Source: Candidatus Tenderia sp.
Lineage (GTDB): Bacteria > Pseudomonadota > Gammaproteobacteria > Tenderiales > Tenderiaceae
Assembly (NCBI GenBank): GCA_031416075.1
Contig: JANOSY010000089.1
Span: 1-64,000 of the forward strand
Direction: 5' to 3'
DNA length: 64,000 nt
Shown: one piece after another, positions 34,425 to 47,331 of the stretch
How positions within the stretch are numbered: the stretch's first letter is position 1
Layout of the letters: the number at the start of each line of letters is the position of its first letter
Notes under the pieces: generated by a model
The model's input: the letters and a program-made list of their open reading frames with translations, nothing else
Told to the model about the DNA's origin: nothing
The model's database searches: none
Program-made: the position numbers and the translations under genes

Positions 34425-35213
34425 ATGGCCAAGATCATCGCAGTAACCAACCAAAAGGGTGGCGTTGGCAAAACGACCACTAGCGTTAACCTGTCAGCAT
34501 CGTTGGCCGCCACCAAACGTCGAGTCTTGCTGGTGGATCTGGACCCACAGGGCAACGCCACCATGGGGAGCGGTGTCGACAAGGCGGAGATCGAAGGCAG
34601 TAGCTGTGAACTGCTGTTAGGCGAAGTGAATATCAAGACAGTGATCGTTGATGCCAGCGCCGCGGGTTACCATCTGATCCCTGCCAATGCCGACCTGACG
34701 GCGGCTGAGGTGGGTTTGATGGCACTGCCTGAGCGCGAACTGCGGCTCAAACATGCGCTTAATGAAGTGGCGGATAGTTATGATTTCATCCTGATCGACT
34801 GCCCTCCTTCCTTAAACATGCTGACGGTGAATGCCCTGGTGGCGGCTAAGTCAGTATTGATTCCGATGCAGTGTGAGTACTACGCACTGGAAGGGCTATC
34901 GGCCCTGATTGAGACCATCGAACAGATTCGACTGACCAGCAACCCCGATCTGCATATCGAAGGATTGTTGCGCACGATGTACGACGCCCGCAATAATCTT
35001 GCTGTGGATGTCTCAGAACAGCTTGCCAGCCACTTTGGTGATAAGCTCTATCGCACAGTGATACCTCGTAACGTCCGTCTGGCCGAGGCCCCAAGTCACG
35101 GTTTGCCGGTGATCATCTACGACAAGGCCTGTTCCGGAACAATGGCCTACCTGGCGTTGGCGGGAGAGGTTTTGCGTAGACAAAATCAGGCCGAAATAGC
35201 GCAAACCGCCTGA
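34425..35213 (+). CDS. parA: Chromosome partition ATPase ParA/Soj
   Basis: NQKGGVGKTT, DLDPQGNAT, IDCPPSL, IPRNVRLAEAPSHG. Confidence 0.98.
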   Translation: MAKIIAVTNQKGGVGKTTTSVNLSASLAATKRRVLLVDLDPQGNATMGSGVDKAEIEGSSCELLLGEVNIKTVIVDASAAGYHLIPANADLTAAEVGLMALPERELRLKHALNEVADSYDFILIDCPPSLNMLTVNALVAAKSVLIPMQCEYYALEGLSALIETIEQIRLTSNPDLHIEGLLRTMYDARNNLAVDVSEQLASHFGDKLYRTVIPRNVRLAEAPSHGLPVIIYDKACSGTMAYLALAGEVLRRQNQAEIAQTA

Positions 35214-35236
35214 GCAATTTAGAGAGTTAGAAGATT

Positions 35237-36151
35237 ATGGCAACAAAAAAACGGGGATTAGGGCGTGGCTTGAATGAGCTGCTGGCCAGTGCCAAGTCAG
35301 CGCCCGTTGCGCTGGCAGAGCTGCAAACCCCAGAGCTGGAGGCAGGCCAGCCGATTAATACTGGCGAGCCGGGTGCCGCCGTGCTGAAAAAACTGCCAGT
35401 TGATCTGCTGCAGCGTGGTAAATATCAGCCGCGCCACGACATGCACCCCGAAACCCTGCAAGAGTTGGCAGACTCCATCAAGGCCCAGGGCGTTGTGCAG
35501 CCGATAGTGGTCCGCCCCATCGATGGCAAACGCTACGAGATCATCGCCGGAGAGCGGCGCTGGCGCGCCTCGCAGATGGCGGGACTGCACGAAATCCCCT
35601 GCATTATCCGTGATGTACCGGATCAGGCCGCGATGGCCATGGCCCTGATCGAAAACATTCAGCGCGAAGATCTGAACCCCATGGAAGAGGCCTCGGCGCT
35701 GCAGCGGTTGATTCAGGAGTTTGAGTTGACCCATCAACAGACCGCCGACGCTGTAGGCCGCTCCCGTGCTGCCGTCTCCAATCTGTTGCGTCTGCTGGAG
35801 CTGGAAGACGAAGTCAAAACCATGCTCGAACATGGCGATATGGAGATGGGCCACGCCCGCGCCCTGCTCGCCCTGTCTGGAGAACAGCAGCGGAGTGCCG
35901 CACGCACAGTGGTCTCTAAGGGGATGTCAGTGCGTGAGACTGAGCGGTTGGTGCGCCAGTTGCAGGCAGAATCGGCCGGACAGAAGACAGTAACCCGTGA
36001 AGACCCCAACATTCGCCAGCTTCAGGATGAGCTGTCACAACGCATTGGTGCGGCGGTCAAGTTTCAGCATGGGGCCTCAGGTAAGGGGAAATTAGTGATT
36101 AAATACAATACGTTGGATGAGCTGGATGGGATCCTTGCCCATATTAAATAG
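35237..36151 (+). CDS. parB: Chromosome partition protein ParB/Spo0J
   Basis: LGRGL, IIAGERRWRA, ENIQREDLNP, HTH. Confidence 0.98.
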   Translation: MATKKRGLGRGLNELLASAKSAPVALAELQTPELEAGQPINTGEPGAAVLKKLPVDLLQRGKYQPRHDMHPETLQELADSIKAQGVVQPIVVRPIDGKRYEIIAGERRWRASQMAGLHEIPCIIRDVPDQAAMAMALIENIQREDLNPMEEASALQRLIQEFELTHQQTADAVGRSRAAVSNLLRLLELEDEVKTMLEHGDMEMGHARALLALSGEQQRSAARTVVSKGMSVRETERLVRQLQAESAGQKTVTREDPNIRQLQDELSQRIGAAVKFQHGASGKGKLVIKYNTLDELDGILAHIK

Positions 36152-36213
36152 CCTAATCTCCCCTAGGCTCAGTAAAAGCCCCTGATATTCGTCCCCTTTT
36201 TAGTGAGGGGGCG

Positions 36214-36242
36214 TTGACCCACCGGGCAGTTGTCTTTATACT
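36214..36242 (+). promoter_or_regulatory. sigma70 promoter of atp operon
   Basis: TTGACC-17 nt-TATACT. Confidence 0.7.
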
Positions 36243-36328
36243 TCGCGGCGACTGTAGGAAGCTGGTTTGCACAGGCAACGCTGATTAACGCGCCGGGCCG
36301 CACAAGAACAACAAAAGCAAATCCCCCT

Positions 36329-37560
<1,232 letters not shown>

Positions 37561-37617
37561 TCTGCACTTACCGGTTTATAACTTTGTAATTTTTAAACTT
37601 TAACTTTTAGTAAATAG

Positions 37618-37875
<258 letters not shown>

Positions 37876-37935
37876 TCGGGTAGTGTTGGATAACCATATC
37901 AAACATCCATCGGACAAGCTTATTAAGGTTCTGTC

Positions 37936-38406
37936 ATGAACATAAATGCAACCCTGATAGGGCAATCTATCGCTTTTTTCCTGTTCGTCTGGTTCACCAT
38001 GAAGTTTGTGTGGCCACCGATCATGGCTGCGCTGGAAGCGCGCAAGAAGCTGATTGCTGACGGTCTTGCTGCTGCCGAACGTGGTAAGCATGAGCAGGAG
38101 CTGGCTGAAAAGGCCGCAAAAGAGAAATTAATCGAAGCTAAGCAACAAGCAGCGGACATTATCGCTCTGGCACAAAAACGTGCTAACGATATTGTTGATG
38201 AATCGAAAGATAAGGCCCGTACAGAGGGTGAACGTCTTTTGGTTGCTGCTAATGCGGAGATCGATCAAGAAGTTAATCGTGCCAAAGAGCAGTTGCGTGG
38301 ACAGGTGGTAAACCTGGCTGTTGCAGGTGCCGGGCGCATCCTTAATAAGGAGATCGATGCTAAGGCGCACGAGAACCTGATTAAGGATTTAGTTACACAG
38401 ATATAA
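37936..38406 (+). CDS. atpF: F0 subunit b
   Basis: [16 protein letters not shown]. Confidence 0.98.
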   Translation: MNINATLIGQSIAFFLFVWFTMKFVWPPIMAALEARKKLIADGLAAAERGKHEQELAEKAAKEKLIEAKQQAADIIALAQKRANDIVDESKDKARTEGERLLVAANAEIDQEVNRAKEQLRGQVVNLAVAGAGRILNKEIDAKAHENLIKDLVTQI

Positions 38407-38416
38407 GGTCTCACAA

Positions 38417-38965
38417 ATGGCCGAAAATACCACAATCGCACGACCCTATGCCGAGGCAGTCTTCAAGCTTGCCCAGGAGCAAGGGGATTTGAAGGGCTGG
38501 TCAGACAAATTGCAGCTGGTTAGTGCAGTGATTGCGTCGCCAGATATGAGCGCACTTATTGGCAACCCCAAGATAAGTAAAGGGCAGCTGTCTCAGTTGA
38601 TCCTCGAAAGCTGTGGTGATGTTGGCGGTGCTCAGTTTAATGCAGAAGGAAAAAATCTTGTCACCCTCTTGGTTGAGAATGGCCGTATTGGCGTGGTGGC
38701 TGAAATTTTTGCGCTGTATGAGCTGTGCCGTGCTGAAGCTGAGGGCAGCGTCGTAGCAGAGGCTATCTCTGCCATGCCGTTGACCGATGATCAGCAGAAG
38801 GCAATTGCTACCGCACTCACACGCCGTCTTGGACGCAATGTGGAGCTGGTTTGTAAAGTCGACGAAAGCCTGTTGGGCGGTGCGATTATCCGTACCGGCG
38901 ACTTGGTGATCGATGGCTCTGCCGCTAGCCGTCTGACGCAGCTTGCCAAAGCAATGCTGCCCTAA
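38417..38965 (+). CDS. atpH: F1 subunit delta
   Basis: TIARPYAEA, LLGGAIIRTGDLVIDGS. Confidence 0.97.
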   Translation: MAENTTIARPYAEAVFKLAQEQGDLKGWSDKLQLVSAVIASPDMSALIGNPKISKGQLSQLILESCGDVGGAQFNAEGKNLVTLLVENGRIGVVAEIFALYELCRAEAEGSVVAEAISAMPLTDDQQKAIATALTRRLGRNVELVCKVDESLLGGAIIRTGDLVIDGSAASRLTQLAKAMLP

Positions 38966-38992
38966 ACCGAATCGATATAGAGGACGAACGTT

Positions 38993-40534
38993 ATGCAACT
39001 CAATCCCGCAGAGATCAGTGACCTGATCAAATCGCGCATTAAGAGTTTCGAAGCTGTGACTGAGGCCCGTACTGAAGGTACAGTGGTCAGCCTGATGGAT
39101 GGTATCGCACGCATCCACGGTATGTCGGATGTCATGTCCGGTGAAATGCTTGAGTTCCCAGGCAACACCTTTGGTATGGCCCTTAATCTGGAGCGTGACT
39201 CCGTGGGTGCCGTTATTCTGGGTCCGTATCAGCACATTGCTGAGGGTGACACCGTCAAGTGCACCGGCCGTATTCTTGAAGTTCCAACCGGTCCGGAGCT
39301 GTTGGGGCGTGTGGTTGATGCCTTGGGTAACCCCATTGATGGTAAAGGCCCGATCAATACCAAGTGCACCTCTCCTATTGAGAAGGTTGCTCCGGGTGTA
39401 CTCTGGCGTAAGTCTGTTGATCAGCCAATGCAAACGGGTCTGAAGGCCATTGATGCAATGGTTCCGGTTGGCCGTGGTCAGCGCGAATTGATTATCGGTG
39501 ACCGTCAGACCGGTAAGACAGCCGTTGCGATCGATGCGATCATCAATCAGAAGGGCACGGGTGTTAAGTGCATTTACGTTGCCATCGGCCAGAAGGCCTC
39601 TTCTGTTGCTAACGTTGTTCGTAAGCTTGAAGAGCATGGAGCCCTGGCACATACCATCATTGTTGCTGCAACAGCCTCTGACTCTGCAGCACTGCAGTTT
39701 ATTGCCCCTTACGCCGGTTGCACCATGGGTGAGTACTTCCGTGACCTCGGCGAAGATGCACTGATTGTTTATGATGATTTGACCAAACAGGCATGGGCTT
39801 ACCGTCAGGTTTCCCTGCTGCTGCGCCGTCCACCAGGCCGCGAAGCGTATCCTGGCGATGTTTTCTACATCCACTCACGTCTGCTTGAACGTGCCGCTCG
39901 TGTAAACGTTGACTATGTTGAAAAACATACCAATGGCGCGGTGAAGGGCAAGACCGGTTCTTTGACCGCGCTGCCAATCATTGAGACTCAGGGCGGTGAC
40001 GTCTCTGCGTTTGTACCAACCAACGTAATTTCAATCACTGATGGTCAGATCTTCCTTGAGACTGACCTGTTCAACTCGGGTATTCGTCCTGCGATCAACG
40101 CCGGCCTGTCTGTATCTCGTGTGGGTGGTGCAGCCCAGACCAAAATCATCAAGAAGCTTGGTGGTAGTGTGCGTCTGGATCTGGCCCAGTATCGCGAACT
40201 GGCGGCATTTGCCCAGTTTGCTTCTGACCTGGATGAAGTCACACGTAAACAGATTGAACGTGGTCAGCGTGTAACGGAGTTGATGAAGCAGAAGCAGTAT
40301 AGTCCGCTCTCTACTGCTGAAATGGGCTTCTCACTGTTTGCCGCTAACCAGGGCTTCCTGGATGATGTGGATGTGAAAAAGGTTGTTGATTTTGAAGCAG
40401 CCCTGCACTCCTACATCAATGCTAACTGTGTTGAGTTGGTGAAGCGTCTCAACGATACCGCTGATTACAACGATGAAATCGCTGGTCAGATGCGTAGCGC
40501 CGTGGAGAAGTTTAAGTCCACCAGCACTTGGTAA
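38993..40534 (+). CDS. atpA: F1 subunit alpha
   Basis: [21 protein letters not shown]. Confidence 0.99.
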   Translation: MQLNPAEISDLIKSRIKSFEAVTEARTEGTVVSLMDGIARIHGMSDVMSGEMLEFPGNTFGMALNLERDSVGAVILGPYQHIAEGDTVKCTGRILEVPTGPELLGRVVDALGNPIDGKGPINTKCTSPIEKVAPGVLWRKSVDQPMQTGLKAIDAMVPVGRGQRELIIGDRQTGKTAVAIDAIINQKGTGVKCIYVAIGQKASSVANVVRKLEEHGALAHTIIVAATASDSAALQFIAPYAGCTMGEYFRDLGEDALIVYDDLTKQAWAYRQVSLLLRRPPGREAYPGDVFYIHSRLLERAARVNVDYVEKHTNGAVKGKTGSLTALPIIETQGGDVSAFVPTNVISITDGQIFLETDLFNSGIRPAINAGLSVSRVGGAAQTKIIKKLGGSVRLDLAQYRELAAFAQFASDLDEVTRKQIERGQRVTELMKQKQYSPLSTAEMGFSLFAANQGFLDDVDVKKVVDFEAALHSYINANCVELVKRLNDTADYNDEIAGQMRSAVEKFKSTSTW

Positions 40535-40547
40535 CGGGAGCCTAGTT

Positions 40548-41411
40548 ATGGCAGTTGGTAAAGAGATTCGCACGAAGATCAAAAGTATTCAAAATACTAA
40601 AAAGATCACCCGCGCGATGGAGATGGTAGCAGCAAGTAAGATGCGTAAAGCGCAACAGCGCATGCAGGCATCCCGTCCTTATGCACATAAAATTCGTGCG
40701 GTAATTGGACATCTTGCACAGGCCCATCCTGAATATCGTCACCCTTATCTGCAGGAGAGGGGTGCGGTCAAACGTGTTGGTTTGATTGTTGTGACTAGCG
40801 ACCGTGGCCTGTGTGGTGGTTTGAACACCAATCTGTTCAAGGCAACTGTTGGTGCGATCAGGGATTGGCGGAATAAGGGCGTTGAAGTTGACCTGTGCCT
40901 GATTGGCCAGAAAGGCATCTCCTTCCTTAAGCGTCTTGGTAACGTTCGCGCTTCTGTCGGCCATCTTGGTGATGCGCCTGGTATTACTGATCTGATTGGT
41001 AGTGTCAAGGTGATGCTGGATGCGTTTGACAGCGGTGAGATTGATCGTATTGATGTGGTCTACAACCAATTTGTAAATACCATGACCCAAAAGCCATCCA
41101 TTGAGCAGTTGTTGCCTGTTCAGTCGGATGTGATTGATAACGAACTTCAGCATAGCTGGGACTACCTCTATGAGCCAGATGCCAAAGAGGTGTTGAATGA
41201 GCTGTTGGTCCGTTATGTTGAATCACAGGTTTATCAGGGTGTGGTGGAAAACATCGCTTGTGAGCAAGCAGCCCGTATGGTCGCGATGAAAGCCGCTTCC
41301 GATAATGCAGGTGATCTCATTAACGATCTGAAGCTAGTGTATAACAAGGCTCGCCAAGCGGCGATTACTCAGGAAATTTCCGAGATCGTCGCTGGTGCTG
41401 CGGCAGTTTAG
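40548..41411 (+). CDS. atpG: F1 subunit gamma
   Basis: [33 protein letters not shown]; ATG 40548. Confidence 0.98.
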   Translation: MAVGKEIRTKIKSIQNTKKITRAMEMVAASKMRKAQQRMQASRPYAHKIRAVIGHLAQAHPEYRHPYLQERGAVKRVGLIVVTSDRGLCGGLNTNLFKATVGAIRDWRNKGVEVDLCLIGQKGISFLKRLGNVRASVGHLGDAPGITDLIGSVKVMLDAFDSGEIDRIDVVYNQFVNTMTQKPSIEQLLPVQSDVIDNELQHSWDYLYEPDAKEVLNELLVRYVESQVYQGVVENIACEQAARMVAMKAASDNAGDLINDLKLVYNKARQAAITQEISEIVAGAAAV

Positions 41412-41482
41412 TCGCACCAAAGCCGGTTTGTAGCGGAATTTAAAAGATTTAATATTGCTTTAATATTCTCAAGAGGAACTGA

Positions 41483-42874
<1,392 letters not shown>

Positions 42875-42893
42875 TCTCTGTTAGGAGGATTTT

Positions 42894-43313
42894 ATGGCAA
42901 TGACCGTACATGTCGACATCGTAAGCGCAGAATCAGCGATCTTTTCCGGGACCGCAACGATGGTATTTGCGTCGGGTGTGGCGGGGGATTTAGGTATTCT
43001 TCCACGCCACAGCCAACTGTTGACCAAGCTCAAGCCCGGTGAAATCCGTGTTGATCGGCCTGATGGCAGTGAGGAGTTTTATTACGTCTCAGGCGGCATG
43101 TTAGAGGTTCAGCCACACTGCATCACTGTGTTGGCCGATACCGCTATTCGTGCAAAAGATCTGGATGAGGCGTCAGCGCTTCAGGCTAAAGAGCGTGCTG
43201 AGCAGCTGTTGAAGGATCGGGGTAGTAATTTCGATCTGGCTCAGGCTGAGCGTGAACTGGCTGAGGCTGTTGCCCAGCTCCAGGCGATTCAGAAGTTGCG
43301 TAAAAAACGTTAA
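42894..43313 (+). CDS. atpC: F1 subunit epsilon
   Basis: [25 protein letters not shown]. Confidence 0.98.
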   Translation: MAMTVHVDIVSAESAIFSGTATMVFASGVAGDLGILPRHSQLLTKLKPGEIRVDRPDGSEEFYYVSGGMLEVQPHCITVLADTAIRAKDLDEASALQAKERAEQLLKDRGSNFDLAQAERELAEAVAQLQAIQKLRKKR

Positions 43314-43340
43314 GAGAGGCCTTCAGGCTGGCTCTTTTTG

Positions 43341-43373
43341 AAGGGGAAAGACCGTTGGGTCTTTCCCCTTTTT
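43341..43373 (+). terminator. Intrinsic terminator of atp operon
   Basis: AAGGGGAAAGACC-gttg-GGTCTTTCCCCTTTTT. Confidence 0.88.
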
Positions 43374-43478
43374 GTTTATTGGGTGTTCTGGTTCAACAGG
43401 GGGTGGACCTGATAGTGATCAATAGTTGTTACACTGGATGCCGTCCAACCCTCGATTAAACAGGTAGGCTTAAAAACT

Positions 43479-44843
43479 ATGTTGAGTGTCATCATACTTG
43501 CGGCAGGTCAGGGGACACGGATGCGTTCCGCGTTACCCAAAGTATTACATGTCCTTGCTGATCGACCACTGTTGGAGCATGTGATCGATACAGCGGAGCA
43601 GATTGGTGCTGACGATATTCATGTGGTCTATGGCCATGGTGGTCAGGTAGTGCCCACTACCCTTGCCCATCGCACGGTTGCCTGGGTGATGCAGGCGCAG
43701 CAGTTGGGTACCGGTCATGCGGTTGCCCAAGCCTTGCCCGATATTAAGCCGGGCAATCAAGTCTTGATACTTTATGGTGATGTGCCACTTGTTTCCGTTG
43801 AGACCCTGGAAACGCTTTTAAAAAGCGCCGCCAACGACGGTTTTGGGCTGCTAACGGTGACGTTGACTGATGCGAGCGGTTATGGCCGTATTATCCGTGA
43901 TAAGAGTGGTGCTGTGACACGGATTGTTGAGCATAAGGATGCCACTGAGCAAGAGCGTCAGGTGAACGAGGTGAACACAGGCATTCTTAGTGTCTCGAGT
44001 GATCGGCTGAACGTCTGGCTTAAACGGCTCGATAACAATAATGTTCAGGGCGAATACTACCTTACCGATATTATTGCCATGGCGGTGCAAGAGGGTTTAA
44101 CAATTAGCACTGTATCATCTGGTGATGAGAATGAGGTGCTGGGTGTGAACAACAAACGTCAGTTGGCAACGTTGGAGCGTTATTATCAGCAGTTGCAGGC
44201 AGGTCGTTTGATGGATGCTGGCGTGACACTTCGTGATCCGCTGCGCTTTGATCTGCGTGGTGTTATTGAGTGTGGGTGGGATGTGATTATCGATGTGAAT
44301 GTTATTCTGACGGGCAACGTTACATTAGGTAATAACGTTAACATCGGTCCTAATTGTATGATTAGTAATAGCACGATTGGTGATGATGTCACCATCCTTG
44401 CTAACAGTGTTATTGATGAAGCGGTGGTGGGCAGTGGCAGCCGTATTGGCCCGTTTGCCCGCTTGCGTCCTGAAACAGTGCTGGCCGAAGAGACCCACAT
44501 TGGTAATTTTGTTGAGATTAAAAAGGCGACCATTGGCAAAGGCTCCAAGGTGAACCATCTGAGTTATGTGGGTGATGCACGTGTTGGCAAGGGCGTTAAT
44601 ATTGGTGCAGGTACTATTACGTGTAATTACGATGGCGCAAATAAATATCTGACAGAGATTGGCGATAATGTCTTTGTTGGCTCTGATACACAGTTGATCG
44701 CCCCGATTAAAATTGGTGATGGCGTCACCATAGGTGCAGGCTCCACCATTACTAAAGATGTTGAGCCTGATGTGCTGACTTTAAGCCGTAGCAAACAGCA
44801 GACCATTACCGGCTGGAAGCGGCCGGTTAAGAAAAATAGATAG
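43479..44843 (+). CDS. glmU: Bifunctional UDP-GlcNAc pyrophosphorylase/acetyltransferase
   Basis: LAAGQGTRM, hexapeptide repeats, NYDGANK. Confidence 0.99.
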   Translation: MLSVIILAAGQGTRMRSALPKVLHVLADRPLLEHVIDTAEQIGADDIHVVYGHGGQVVPTTLAHRTVAWVMQAQQLGTGHAVAQALPDIKPGNQVLILYGDVPLVSVETLETLLKSAANDGFGLLTVTLTDASGYGRIIRDKSGAVTRIVEHKDATEQERQVNEVNTGILSVSSDRLNVWLKRLDNNNVQGEYYLTDIIAMAVQEGLTISTVSSGDENEVLGVNNKRQLATLERYYQQLQAGRLMDAGVTLRDPLRFDLRGVIECGWDVIIDVNVILTGNVTLGNNVNIGPNCMISNSTIGDDVTILANSVIDEAVVGSGSRIGPFARLRPETVLAEETHIGNFVEIKKATIGKGSKVNHLSYVGDARVGKGVNIGAGTITCNYDGANKYLTEIGDNVFVGSDTQLIAPIKIGDGVTIGAGSTITKDVEPDVLTLSRSKQQTITGWKRPVKKNR

Positions 44844-44855
44844 GGACATAAAACC

Positions 44856-46688
44856 ATGTGTGGAATTATTGCAGCGGTAGCAGAACGTGATGTTGTCCCC
44901 ATTCTGGTCGAGGGGCTGCGACGTCTTGAGTATCGCGGTTACGACTCGGCCGGCGTTGCCATTATTGATGCTAACGGCGTTATCGATCGTGTCAGAACTG
45001 TTGGTAAGGTTAATGAACTGGCCGCGGCTATAGAGACTAATCCAATCCGTGGTTTTACCGGGATTGCCCATACCCGCTGGGCCACACACGGCAAACCATC
45101 ACAAGCCAATGCCCATCCACACATCTGTCGCAAAACCGTGGCAGTAGTGCATAACGGCATTATCGAAAACCATGAAGCACTGCGTGCACAGCAGCGCGAG
45201 CATGGATATGAATTTACCTCAGAGACAGATACTGAAGTGGTGGTGCATCAGGTGTATCACTATCTGGATCAAGGGAAGGATCTGCTGGCCGCAGTCACCG
45301 CAACAGTGGGGGATCTGCAGGGTGCTTATGCGCTAGGTGTTATCACCAGCCAGGAGAACGGTCGGATAGTGGCTACACGTCGTGGCAGCCCACTGGTGAT
45401 TGGTGTGGGTATTGGCGAACACTTTATCGCCTCCGATGTGGCGGCGCTGTTACCCGTGACACAACGGTTTATCTTTTTACAGGATGGCGATATCGCCGAT
45501 ATCCGTAAAGATAGCCTGACGATCTATGATGCTGACGGCAATGTGGTTGAGCGTCCCTTAACGGTCAGTGAGCTGAGCGCCGACGCCGTAGAGCGTGGCC
45601 AGTATCGCCACTACATGCTCAAAGAGATATTTGAACAGCCACGCGCCATCGCCGATACCCTTGAAGGTCGCCTCAGTGGTGACCGCGTCCTGGAAGAGGC
45701 GTTTGGCCCCGGCGCCAGCGACATATTTAATGGCGTTCAAGGGGTACACATTATCGCCTGCGGCACCAGCTTTCATGCCGGTTCGGTTGCCAGATACTGG
45801 TTTGAATCGCTGGCGCGCATCCCCTGTTCAGTTGAAGTGGCCAGCGAGTTTCGTTATCGCAATCCCGTTGCACGTAAAAACTCATTAGTCATTGCCATCT
45901 CCCAGTCAGGCGAGACCGCCGATACACTCGCCGCATTGCACGAGGCCAAGCGGCTGGGTTTTGGTCACTCTATGGCAATTTGTAACGTACCCGAAAGCTC
46001 CATGGTGCGAGAGACCGATCTCTGCCTGATGACACGGGCCGGCCCGGAGATTGGTGTTGCTTCCACCAAAGCATTTACCACCCAGCTCACCGCATTAATG
46101 TTGCTGGTGATTGTACTGGGTCGGCGTCACGGTATGGCAGCCGCCACAGAAGTGGAGTTGGTTAGACAACTTCGCAGTCTGCCAGCCGCAGTTGAACATG
46201 CATTAGAGTTGAATGGTGAAATTGAAGCGCTGGCACAGTTTTTTGCCGATAAAGAGCATGCACTTTTTCTCGGGCGTGGAGCACAGTATCCTGTGGCAAT
46301 GGAGGGCGCACTTAAACTCAAAGAGATCTCCTATATTCACGCAGAGGCGTATCCTGCCGGTGAATTAAAACATGGCCCATTGGCACTGATTGATGCCGAA
46401 ATGCCGGTCATCTCCGTTGCGCCTAATAACGCGCTACTCGAAAAATTAAAATCCAACCTGCAAGAGGTACGTGCGCGTGGTGGGGAGTTGATTGTATTTG
46501 CGGATGAAAAATCAGGCGTAGAGACAGAGGCCAATGTGCGGGTCATTAAAGTTGCCGCCACCGATGACCCGATAGCACCGATTATTTTTACCATTCCGTT
46601 ACAACTACTCTCCTACTACGTAGCTGTGCTTAAAGGTACGGATGTTGACCAGCCTAGAAATCTGGCAAAATCGGTGACGGTGGAGTAA
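44856..46688 (+). CDS. glmS: Glutamine-fructose-6-phosphate aminotransferase
   Basis: [23 protein letters not shown]. Confidence 0.99.
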   Translation: MCGIIAAVAERDVVPILVEGLRRLEYRGYDSAGVAIIDANGVIDRVRTVGKVNELAAAIETNPIRGFTGIAHTRWATHGKPSQANAHPHICRKTVAVVHNGIIENHEALRAQQREHGYEFTSETDTEVVVHQVYHYLDQGKDLLAAVTATVGDLQGAYALGVITSQENGRIVATRRGSPLVIGVGIGEHFIASDVAALLPVTQRFIFLQDGDIADIRKDSLTIYDADGNVVERPLTVSELSADAVERGQYRHYMLKEIFEQPRAIADTLEGRLSGDRVLEEAFGPGASDIFNGVQGVHIIACGTSFHAGSVARYWFESLARIPCSVEVASEFRYRNPVARKNSLVIAISQSGETADTLAALHEAKRLGFGHSMAICNVPESSMVRETDLCLMTRAGPEIGVASTKAFTTQLTALMLLVIVLGRRHGMAAATEVELVRQLRSLPAAVEHALELNGEIEALAQFFADKEHALFLGRGAQYPVAMEGALKLKEISYIHAEAYPAGELKHGPLALIDAEMPVISVAPNNALLEKLKSNLQEVRARGGELIVFADEKSGVETEANVRVIKVAATDDPIAPIIFTIPLQLLSYYVAVLKGTDVDQPRNLAKSVTVE

Positions 46689-47071
46689 CTCCTCTCTGTT
46701 GTTTCTGACTCCGACAAATAAAATTCGTCGGGGCGGGAACGGATTTTGACATTAGCGTTCAGCAGTCTGCTAATCTCCAAATCCAATTGAATCTTTGAAT
46801 CGCCTTGGGGTTCGCTGAGATTGTGCCCCAAAGAGCGACTGCTTTTGAGCGTTTATATTTCTGAATGATGAAATCGTGATTGACCTAAGGGTGTAGCCAG
46901 ACAGGGCAATGACTCTAATAGGAAGCGCAGGTGGATTGTGGCGAACGACTCATCTTGGGCCATAACAGCCGGTAGCGTTTGCTCCTGTAAATGGCCGGTG
47001 TTTGGAGTGGATATGACGGCTATCGACCCAAAGGGGACATCCCATCTATGAATGGAAATGTGGTCTGTCCC

Positions 47072-47182
47072 CAATGCTGTTCATTTAGCGAATCTCCGTT
47101 CGTCCTGAGCCTGTCGAAGGACTCTGGATGAGTGGCTGGTGGTTCGACAAGCTCACCACGAACGGCTAAGTGAACAGCATTG
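47072..47182. mobile_element. 111-bp MITE with IS4-like ends
   Basis: TIR CAATGCTGTTCA(T/C)TTAGC 17/18; perfect 10-bp TSD GGTCTGTCCC at 47062-47071 and 47183-47192; internal 23-bp-arm hairpin. Confidence 0.85.
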
Positions 47183-47331
47183 GGTCTGTCCCCTATTACG
47201 ACCAAGAAAAAAACTAGGGTATAAAACGCCGGCCAAATTAGTGGCGGAACATATGGCTGCAATTGCAGCTTAGGTGGTTATGCACTTCGGGGTTGAATCT
47301 GCCTGGCCCCTTTAATTCATGAGATGACTTT

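Noticed and set aside
38501-39874. 457-aa minus-strand ORF
   Set aside because: Antisense shadow of atpH/atpA caused by codon bias.
46689-46740. Tn7 or CAST insertion at attTn7 (TGTTGT at 46697)
   Set aside because: No tnsABCD/tniQ/cas genes and no arrays of TnsB sites. The matching TGTTGT at 52281 is a direct repeat, not an inverted ..ACA end.
46731-47030. IS110 bridge-RNA or IscB omega-RNA remnant
   Set aside because: Only a vague resemblance and no IS110, IscB or TnpB ORF nearby; it cannot be supported without a covariance-model search.
46616-47262. Three short minus-strand ORFs after glmS
   Set aside because: They overlap glmS, the repeats and the MITE, and have no recognisable motifs.
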